Virus record (IMG/VR): IMGVR_UViG_3300019469_000046
Location: 1-37,037 of that record
Reading direction: 5' to 3' (one strand)
Length of the DNA: 37,037 nucleotides
Source: a virus
The notes under the pieces were generated by a model. That model was not told the DNA's origin and made no database searches. It saw only the letters and a program-made list of their open reading frames with translations. Below are positions 25,849 to 32,483 of this stretch, piece by piece (positions within the stretch are counted from its first letter, which is position 1; each line of letters begins with the position of its first letter). The position numbers and the translations under genes were made by a program.

Positions 25849-27348
25849 TTAATCAGCTCCTACATCATCGTCACCATCAGGATTAGTAGTTTCTTCTTGC
25901 AAACTTGAAGTTAAATTCATTTGCTCCCGTTGTTCTTGATAGGTTTGTTGCAACCATTCGTCCGCTTCATCATCACTCAGCCCATAGTTGCGGATTAAGA
26001 ACTGTTTTTTCGGCATTGCAAGTGCAGCGGTTGACTTCAGGTCTTCGTCTAGTTGTTTATCCTTATCAACAAACAAGCCATCATCAAAATAAATATGGAA
26101 CTTGGGGTCATTATTTGCCACATTGTACTTAAACAGGCCGTTGTAATTAGCTAATTCTAGAATTGACGTACACAATTCCTTAATTGCTTTTTCAACCATT
26201 GTTAAGTAACTTGAACGGGTCTGGTAGGTCATTGAATTATCAGAAACAACTTCAGTGGCCGTTTTAAGTCCGCTCTCATCATAGCTAAATGTTCCTGCAC
26301 TCAGTCCAATTTGTACCTCAAACTTGCGCAGAGCATAATCCATCGCTGATTTAAGCTGCTCAATCCGCATATTGCTAGTTACATCAGTAATCTTTAAGTC
26401 ATCCCCGTTGAATCCAATGTAAGTAGGATCTTCTGGATCAAAATACGGCTCATGTACTTCGTCAATCTTCAGCATTTGCTCTGGTACCACAATTCGGCGC
26501 TTACCATAACGGATTTCTCGCTGCATTGCATCGTTAATCATGTTAATGTCTTTTAATTCACCGCGTGCATTGTCAACAATACCAACACCGAGAGGGCTTT
26601 CTAGACTAATATTATTTGCTCCTGGCGTATGAAAGTAAGCAAAAAGAGGACGATACATCGGGCCAAAATTAGTTTGGTCTTGTAGGTCCTTGTAAATACG
26701 ATCAAGCGGTACCCGATAGCCGATCACTGACTTGTTATCTGAACGATACAGCTCATTAGTAATCACATAATTTCCTTGTTCATCCCATTGGTGAAACTCT
26801 AGTAGTGAGTAATAAATAACAGTATGGTTTTCTATTTGTTGAGTCTTTGAAACAATGGCACATTCAGGAATGTTGTTCGTATTACTTCGCAACGGGTAGA
26901 ATTGATCGGCACGAATCCAGGAAATTTTAATCTTTCCATTGTCTACATACGGACGCATCGCAAAGCCACCGGCAACAATTCCCCTTTCAAGATTAGTTTC
27001 AAACTGATTATAGAAATCATTATCAGTAAACACTTCATCAATGTAATTGTTAACGGCTTCATCACTGAAACTGACTTTAGCCTTTTGGTTGAAGACGATT
27101 GAAGCTAAACGTCTAGCCGCTGTCTTCGTCATATTGACCGTGTGCAGTTTTCGCCGATGAATATTTTTACCAACATGTTCAGTGATGCTGTCATAATCAT
27201 TACGGTAAAAACGAAAGTCCTTGGCAATCCGTTTGTACTCACTAATCGGCATATTCACTCGGTTATCATCTGTAACATCAACTAAACTACCATTCATACC
27301 AATCTTTGCACCTGCCTTTCTAAATAAGTTACGAATACCTTCAAACAT
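25849..27348 (-). CDS. Portal protein (SPP1 gp6-like)
   Basis: 499 aa. Size, acidic C-terminus and position support the call. Confidence 0.85.
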   Translation of the reverse strand: MFEGIRNLFRKAGAKIGMNGSLVDVTDDNRVNMPISEYKRIAKDFRFYRNDYDSITEHVGKNIHRRKLHTVNMTKTAARRLASIVFNQKAKVSFSDEAVNNYIDEVFTDNDFYNQFETNLERGIVAGGFAMRPYVDNGKIKISWIRADQFYPLRSNTNNIPECAIVSKTQQIENHTVIYYSLLEFHQWDEQGNYVITNELYRSDNKSVIGYRVPLDRIYKDLQDQTNFGPMYRPLFAYFHTPGANNISLESPLGVGIVDNARGELKDINMINDAMQREIRYGKRRIVVPEQMLKIDEVHEPYFDPEDPTYIGFNGDDLKITDVTSNMRIEQLKSAMDYALRKFEVQIGLSAGTFSYDESGLKTATEVVSDNSMTYQTRSSYLTMVEKAIKELCTSILELANYNGLFKYNVANNDPKFHIYFDDGLFVDKDKQLDEDLKSTAALAMPKKQFLIRNYGLSDDEADEWLQQTYQEQREQMNLTSSLQEETTNPDGDDDVGAD

Positions 27349-27366
27349 CGCAGCACCTCCCTAAAG

Positions 27367-27388
27367 AAAAAAGCCGCTAATTAGCGAC
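27367..27388 (-). terminator. Hairpin plus T6 immediately after the HNH gene and just before the portal RBS
   Basis: Minus sense: GTCGCT-AATT-AGCGGC followed by TTTTTT, then TAGGGAGGTGCTGCG-ATG (portal). Confidence 0.5.
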
Positions 27389-27396
27389 CCTTTTAT

Positions 27397-28176
27397 TTAT
27401 TGTTTTAGTAGTTTGACGATTAAATCATTTCTCGCATTATGAGCGTCATCTTCGTTCTTGAATGTCGATGTGTGATATTTATGCCCACAAAATGAAACTT
27501 GGCCTATAAACTTACCGCTCTTAAGCTTGGTGGTACCTCTTGTTTGTATTTTGCTTTGTATCAAACGCTTTTTGTTTCTGCACTTTTCAGAACAAACATC
27601 TTTTTTTGAATATTTGTTAACTTTGAATGATTTTCCACAAACTAAACAATGCCTAATCTCATCATCAACACCAGACTTTTTTCTAAATGCACTTTGACAA
27701 GCTGGAGAGCAAAATTTTGAGCGGCTAAATGCTGCTCTATAAACCTTTCCACAGTTTTTACAACGTTTAATGTATCGCTTCTTAATTTTCTTTCCACGAT
27801 GAGCATCAGAATTAACTTGTCTGCCCTCTAAAGTGCGATGCCACTGTGCAGCGGCTGGTCTAGCATTTTCATCAAGATTTTTTCTCCATTTAGGAAGCAT
27901 TTTGTTATAATCATGTTCTTTATGATAAGCAAGATGTTGTTTTCTAGTTAAGCATTCTAAGTTATTAATTTCATTGTTGTCCTTGTTTTCGTCAATATGA
28001 TTAATTTCCATACCATCAGGTATTTTCCCATTATGCTTTTGCCAAACATAAACATGCAGTCTCATGCGAGAAACACCTATTTTTTTAGTTGAAAGATAAT
28101 ATCCCGTTTTATCATCTTTTCTAAACTTGTAGCCATCAATAAAACCATACCCATCCTTATACGTTACTTCGCTCAC
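27397..28176 (-). mobile_element. Free-standing HNH homing endonuclease with two CxxC...C zinc-ribbon motifs and a C-terminal AP2 domain
   Basis: GAGGTGAT-TACA-GTG start at 28176. HNH core INHIDENKDNNEINNLECLTRKQHLAYH. AP2-like SGKFIGQVSFCGHKYHTSTFKNEDDAHNARN. Inserted between terL and the portal gene. Confidence 0.8.
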
Positions 28177-28229
28177 TGTAATCACCTCACATATATTGTA
28201 ACATACAATATATGGTATGATCACTGTTG

Positions 28230-29546
28230 TTAATACTTCAAACCGAAATCTCTTAGATTATCTAACACAGTATACATAAATGCATCTACTGTATGATCAT
28301 TTTCCTTAATCACTTTTGGGTGGTCAGATTGAAGTGTGTTCTCGTCCCACCGATAATCACGCTGTTGGCGAATGAAGATCTGATTTTCTGGAGTATCAAG
28401 ATAATAAACACGCCCAGTTGCCAAAAGGTTCTGGACGTTATCAATCATTTTTGTTTTCTTCGTTTTAGCTACATGATGATAGTGCTGATTGTATTGTTTG
28501 TACATTTCATGATCTAAGGCAAAATCACTCGTCGCACTATCGGCTGATTGCTTGTAGAAGTGACGTCCCCATTTGTCAATCCAACGTTGCTCGGTATCGT
28601 GTAAATCCTTAGCAATATCAGATGGGGCTTTCTTGCGAGCCTTACCAACTGGATCATAGTAGTACGTATTTAACACAATCACTCGCTTCTTACGGGTTAA
28701 AGCAACACATAGCTCTGTTGTAGCCGAAACTTGTTGTCCGCTATCCTGCCCCGTATAAAGTTCCATGATGTCGTCATCGTCCGGGAACTCTTTCAACGGG
28801 TGGAATAGTTCAGCGTTGTAAATACTATTGCCCAGCCCAATGACTTCACCTAAATACATCCATCGGTAGTAATCATAGTCATTTGCCTTAACTGTATTAA
28901 TTTCGTCCAGATAATCTTGTGACAATATGTTAGGTAATGTGACATCTTCATATGTTGAATGGTCCACATACCAGCCGGGTAATTTTTCTTGTTGTGTAAC
29001 CCATTTATTGATCCATTCGTATGGGTTCTTAGGTGGATTATAACTGTAATATGTAACAACGTGAGCGCCTGGTGGCAAACGCTTACGAGTAAATGAAGCA
29101 CGCACCATGTCTACTTCTTGCCAAGAATCAAACTCAGCCAATTCTTCAAACCAAAGATAACGTACATAACCTTGTGCTATTATCATTGATTTCAGTTTTT
29201 GTGGATCATCAACACCGCTAAAATAAAAAGCTGTCCCGTTACGTTTATCAACAATTCGATATGGTGACTTTTTGAACTCAAAAAGACTATCTACATGTAG
29301 CATGTAAATAGCCCACTTAATTTGCTCGTAAACTGACAATTCAATCGTATTAGCAACTTTACGCATGACTAACACATTAGCATGCGAGTCTTGCAAGAAG
29401 TCCATCACTAATTGGAGACTGATAACAGACGACTTAGTAGAACCACGTCCGCCCTTCAAAACTTTATTCAAAGAATGAGAGAACAACACACGGTCGAAAT
29501 GAGGGCATACCATGTCATCAGCATTAATCGTTATTTGCTTTTTCAT
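28230..29546 (-). CDS. terL: Terminase large subunit (PBSX/Terminase_3 type)
   Basis: Walker-A-like KGGRGSTKSS near the N-terminus. 438 aa. Overlaps the terS 3' end. Confidence 0.9.
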   Translation of the reverse strand: MKKQITINADDMVCPHFDRVLFSHSLNKVLKGGRGSTKSSVISLQLVMDFLQDSHANVLVMRKVANTIELSVYEQIKWAIYMLHVDSLFEFKKSPYRIVDKRNGTAFYFSGVDDPQKLKSMIIAQGYVRYLWFEELAEFDSWQEVDMVRASFTRKRLPPGAHVVTYYSYNPPKNPYEWINKWVTQQEKLPGWYVDHSTYEDVTLPNILSQDYLDEINTVKANDYDYYRWMYLGEVIGLGNSIYNAELFHPLKEFPDDDDIMELYTGQDSGQQVSATTELCVALTRKKRVIVLNTYYYDPVGKARKKAPSDIAKDLHDTEQRWIDKWGRHFYKQSADSATSDFALDHEMYKQYNQHYHHVAKTKKTKMIDNVQNLLATGRVYYLDTPENQIFIRQQRDYRWDENTLQSDHPKVIKENDHTVDAFMYTVLDNLRDFGLKY

Positions 29547-30036
29547 CGCTTACGCTCCTATCATTTCTAACTATGTTTATCGTCAAATCATCAGCAACAT
29601 TATTTGTTAATTGTTCAGCTTTACGTTCGGCAATATCAGCTTCTGCATTGGCTTTACGCAATTGAGCTTTTGTTAATTCATCAGCCAATGGATAACGCTT
29701 TAATACTTCACACCATGCTGCAAGCCTTGTCTTTAAGTTAGCTGGCACTTCAGTTTTCTCCCATTGGCCAGACAAAGGATTAATTTGTGCTTGTGTTTCA
29801 GTCGTTTCGCCACGAGCAATAGAAGTGATGGCCTGCATAGCTTCTCTAGCGTCTGCGATTTTGTGTGATTCAATCTCGCCCATTTTGGCGTTAATATAGG
29901 CTTTTACCGTAGGTTTTTGTAGGTTTTCTCTACCTGATACTTCATTGGCATATCCAGCCTTAATTGCAGATCGTGTGGCGTTGCCACTCTTAATATATTC
30001 ATCGGCAAACAATCGTTGTTTTGCTGTCAATTTCAT
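29524..30036 (-). CDS. terS: Terminase small subunit (Terminase_2 / P27-like)
   Basis: MKLTAKQRLFADEYIKSGNATRSAIKAGYA is the hallmark N-terminal HTH of this family. Confidence 0.8.
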   Translation of the reverse strand: MKLTAKQRLFADEYIKSGNATRSAIKAGYANEVSGRENLQKPTVKAYINAKMGEIESHKIADAREAMQAITSIARGETTETQAQINPLSGQWEKTEVPANLKTRLAAWCEVLKRYPLADELTKAQLRKANAEADIAERKAEQLTNNVADDLTINIVRNDRSVSDEKANND

Positions 30037-30099
30037 GGCATATCACCACACCACCTTTCTCTGTGTAAAATAAAAGACGGTAGTCATTAAGCTATCGCC

Positions 30100-30270
30100 T
30101 TAATTATTCAATCGTTTACGTATTAATTCTTGTAGTTCTTTCAAATCATCATCATCAGCCAAATCACGGATAAACTTACGAGCATAAGACCGATAACGAT
30201 ATATTCGTTGCTTATCCTTGTTCTTATCGTTCCACTTCTTATTAGCTTTTAATTGCGATTCACTAACCAT
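30100..30270 (-). CDS. Small basic/acidic protein (56 aa), hypothetical
   Basis: GAGAAGG RBS plus ATG at 30270. Translation MVSESQLKANKKWNDKNKDKQRIYRYRSYARKFIRDLADDDDLKELQELIRKRLNN. Lies just upstream of terS. Confidence 0.45.
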   Translation of the reverse strand: MVSESQLKANKKWNDKNKDKQRIYRYRSYARKFIRDLADDDDLKELQELIRKRLNN

Positions 30271-30304
30271 AATGTCGACCTTCTCACATTAATATGGTAT
30301 ACTG

Positions 30305-30578
30305 AATATGCAAAAAGCCAAGAGGCTCCATCTCTTGACTTCTTGCGTTCCGGAAATAAAGCTAACCTGCTAACCGTTATTTGCGATTAGCTTTTTTTTA
30401 TCGCATAAGCCTTAGCGAAGTTAATCGCGGCTACCGACAATAACCAAATTGTCAGTGCGATAACATGGCAGCCTCTCTTTCCGGAGTACTGTTATTTCCA
30501 TCAGTATCATCCCCTTCCCGGATTCAGGGAATCACTTCCGGAACGCTGTAGTCTTTCAGGCGTCCCTTACTTGACTAC
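30305..30578 (-). ncRNA. Candidate structured RNA of about 270 nt with its own promoter and terminator (family unknown)
   Basis: No credible ORF. An 11-bp closing helix GCGTTCCGGAA/TTCCGGAACGC spans about 190 nt. Internal hairpins: GTAGTC/GACTAC, TTCCC/GGGAA, GACAAT/ATTGTC, TGCGAT/ATCGCA. Confidence 0.45.
30311..30340 (-). terminator. Rho-independent terminator ending the structured RNA unit
   Basis: Minus sense: GTCAAGAG-ATGGAGC-CTCTTGGC followed by TTTTTG. Confidence 0.6.
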
Positions 30579-30584
30579 ATTTAT

Positions 30585-30613
30585 ATTATACATTATTAAC
30601 GTATAGATAACAA
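30585..30613 (-). promoter_or_regulatory. Sigma-70-type promoter: TTGTTA, 17-nt spacer, TATAAT
   Basis: Minus sense -35 at 30613-30608 and -10 at 30590-30585, with exact 17-nt spacing. Confidence 0.55.
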
Positions 30614-30631
30614 CAGAAAATTGAAAGAATC

Positions 30632-30772
30632 TTATTTATTTTTATGTACTTTAAAAGCTGGCAAGTGTTGACCTGTCAGCTTTTTCTTTTGCTTCATATG
30701 TCTGTCAGCTTGGCACAGCATCATGTACTCTTGCTTACTAGCCACCAAGCCGAATCGTTTAGTTTGATACAT
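30632..30772 (-). CDS. Mini-ORF (46 aa), hypothetical
   Basis: GGAGGAAAA-ATG. Translation MYQTKRFGLVASKQEYMMLCQADRHMKQKKKLTGQHLPAFKVHKNK. Confidence 0.3.
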   Translation of the reverse strand: MYQTKRFGLVASKQEYMMLCQADRHMKQKKKLTGQHLPAFKVHKNK

Positions 30773-30811
30773 TTTTCCTCCAACCAAACAAGCCAGCGCT
30801 AGGCTGACTTG

Positions 30812-30907
30812 TTATTTAATACAATTAATAATTAATGTTGAAGCAACAATAACTATCCAAAGATAAAAACAAAGAAATGATAAAAATTTAGTAAATCTTT
30901 CCATCAT
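30812..30907 (-). CDS. Mini-ORF (31 aa) encoding a hydrophobic peptide
   Basis: GGAGGAACATC-ATG. Translation MMERFTKFLSFLCFYLWIVIVASTLIINCIK has a single TM-like segment. Confidence 0.35.
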   Translation of the reverse strand: MMERFTKFLSFLCFYLWIVIVASTLIINCIK

Positions 30908-31034
30908 GATGTTCCTCCAAGAAATTAGTATGTCCTCTCAAGGAATTAAATTGTTTATCAAATTCCTGGCACTTTTCGCTTTTTATAATAAGGAGGAGCT
31001 TTTCAACTCCTTTAATTGATCTGATTGCTTACTA

Positions 31035-31126
31035 TGCTAAGAGCCGGAATCGAACCGAACTTCATGCGCAGATTTCCGTTGAATCGCATAAAATTTCCAC
31101 CTGTGCTCTCGCCAGAGAACGTTAGC
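31035..31126 (-). ncRNA. tRNA-like module 2 (non-canonical, 92 nt)
   Basis: Minus sense: GCTAACG...TCGG-TTCGATT-CCGG-CTCTTAGCA. Has a canonical T-loop sequence, a 5-bp acceptor-like GCTAA/TTAGC pairing and a 7-nt-loop hairpin GATT-CAACGGA-AATC. It does not fold as a standard cloverleaf. Confidence 0.35.
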
Positions 31127-31325
31127 GACAGAGAGTTTGTGAAAAGCAGGTGACTATCAACTCCTTTAAATTGAATTGAGTGTCATCTCTATCTCTCTGC
31201 TTGAAGCACCGTTAAACATTAAAAGAGGAGGCTTAACATCTCCTTTAATTGATTGTGCTTCAATATGGAAGGCATAAGACAAGCGAGGTGCTAGCTTCAC
31301 CTCCAAATATATATTGCCTTCCAAA

Positions 31326-31400
31326 ATGAACACCGGGAATCGAACTCCGGCAGGTATCGAATGGGATTTATTCGAACTTACGACCCTCTCACCTGTTCCA
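31326..31400 (-). ncRNA. tRNA-like module 1 (non-canonical, D-arm-less)
   Basis: Minus sense: GAACA-CAGGT...TCGAAT-AAATCCC-ATTCGA-T-ACCTG-CCGG(A)G-TTCGATT-CCCGG-TGTTC. Has a T-loop, a 7-nt-loop hairpin and a closing 5-bp stem. Confidence 0.35.
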
Positions 31401-31856
31401 AATGCTCACATAATCAGAACTAATTAACTCCCGCACCCGGTCGTAGTTTTCCGCCTACTCCTGTAACGGACGTTAGTGTTCTGAATAGTTGTAATCTTCT
31501 AGCCGTTGAGTTAGATTACGCACTCTTTTGCTGATAACAGCACGGCTACCGTGAGACTAGCAGAGTCGGCTATTTATTACTGTAAATAATCTCTTATTTA
31601 GAAAGGAGTAATTCATTTGACATTCATTTCAAGAACCAAGGTTTCACCAAAACACAAGTCTATATTGCTAGTCTCAACGTGGATTATGGAACTTGCATCC
31701 ATCTCCGGCTTGGTTACCGTTCCACACACTTAATCTAATAGAGAGATCCTGATTGCGGTATGTTGTGAGTATACGCAACTCAGTCACTCTTTATTTTGAG
31801 CAGTTTAACGACATACTCGGGTCAATGAAGTAGGGTTATCGTTATTTTTCGACAAT

Positions 31857-31865
31857 ATCATAATA
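31857..31865 (-). promoter_or_regulatory. -10-like hexamers (TATTAT/TATGAT) without a -35, just downstream of the 11-bp repeat array; candidate activator-dependent late promoter
   Basis: Minus sense ...GGGAGCACTTTTAGTGTATTATGATATTG. The -35 position is occupied by the last repeat. Confidence 0.35.
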
Positions 31866-31876
31866 CACTAAAAGTG

Positions 31877-31942
31877 CTCCCGAGATGCTCCTGATTATCT
31901 CCTATTTTACTCCCGTTTTGCTCCTGTTTTGTTCCTATTTTT
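31877..31942. repeat. Six exactly phased 11-bp repeats (plus: nCTCCyrnTTTT; minus: GGAG every 11 nt)
   Basis: Units: gCTCCcgagat gCTCCtgatta tCTCCtatttt aCTCCcgtttt gCTCCtgtttt gTTCCtatttt. The last unit overlaps the stop codon of the ArpU-like gene. Confidence 0.85.
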
Positions 31943-32459
31943 CATTTAATTCTTCGAATATCGGTAGAACATCCGGATCAACATTCATTCTAATAGCTAT
32001 CTTGTCACAGGCTTCCGCAAATTCTACACAAGCTTGTTGATCAGCCTCACTGTATGTCGTATTGCCATAATTCCTGTTCATTCTTTCTTTGACTTGCCAG
32101 ACAAACAAGCCACCAACATACCGTAAATTTAGAATATCACGACTGATTGCTTTACAAGATTTAATTGAAACAGCAACTGCCTCTTTAGCCTTAGTACACT
32201 CTGCGTAATAAGTCATCATGCTTTGCACTGCATTACCTCGACCCGATCCTCGAATACCAGTAAGATCCATGAGGGGGCTCTTAACACCATCTGATAAAGC
32301 ATTTCGACATATTTTTTGGTATGGGCTGTCATGGTTCTCATCTTCAAAGAAGAATCGGCGGACATTCCTAATGGTTGCTTTTCTATTAGTATTCGGAACT
32401 AACCCCACTGCATTTCTCCCCCTTGTGATATAATTGATTTGTTTTAATTTATATCTCAA
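31935..32459 (-). CDS. ArpU-family phage late transcriptional regulator
   Basis: 174 aa. C-terminal pattern RDILNLRYV...TTYSEADQQACVEFAEACD resembles ArpU-family (sigma-like) regulators. Last gene before the packaging region. Confidence 0.55.
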   Translation of the reverse strand: MRYKLKQINYITRGRNAVGLVPNTNRKATIRNVRRFFFEDENHDSPYQKICRNALSDGVKSPLMDLTGIRGSGRGNAVQSMMTYYAECTKAKEAVAVSIKSCKAISRDILNLRYVGGLFVWQVKERMNRNYGNTTYSEADQQACVEFAEACDKIAIRMNVDPDVLPIFEELNEK

Positions 32460-32483
32460 GGGCGCTCCACGTGAGCGCCTTTC

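Larger units (their letters stand above)
30960..31860 (-). ncRNA. Candidate large structured ncRNA or long structured late leader (GOLLD/ROOL-like class or novel)
   Basis: No ORF of 60 aa or more on either strand. Perfect helices: 31666-31676/31552-31562 (11 bp), 31315-31323/31266-31274 (9 bp), 31255-31263/31201-31209 (9 bp), 31478-31484/31414-31420 (7 bp), 31513-31519/31491-31497 (7 bp). GAGA-capped 7-bp hairpin at 31583-31600. Confidence 0.45.

Noticed and set aside
30420-30438. T-box riboswitch: GTCGGTAGCCGCG resembles the GGUGGUACCGCG T-box sequence
   Set aside because: The match is partial. It lies about 100 nt upstream of the terminator, so it cannot form the antiterminator alternative. 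No convincing Stem I, specifier loop or K-turn could be drawn.
30487-30504. Hammerhead-like CUGAUGG...GAAA core
   Set aside because: The sequence is CUGAUGG, not CUGANGA. The required three-helix junction and cleavage-site context are absent.
31035-31400. Calling the two T-loop-containing modules bona fide tRNA genes, possibly a UAG suppressor explaining the amber codons
   Set aside because: Neither folds into a canonical cloverleaf; the D-arm is missing or tiny, the region between the D and T arms is oversized, and one T-stem is bulged. The 7-nt loops (AAATCCC and CAACGGA) lack U33 and contain no CTA anticodon. They are reported only as tRNA-like.
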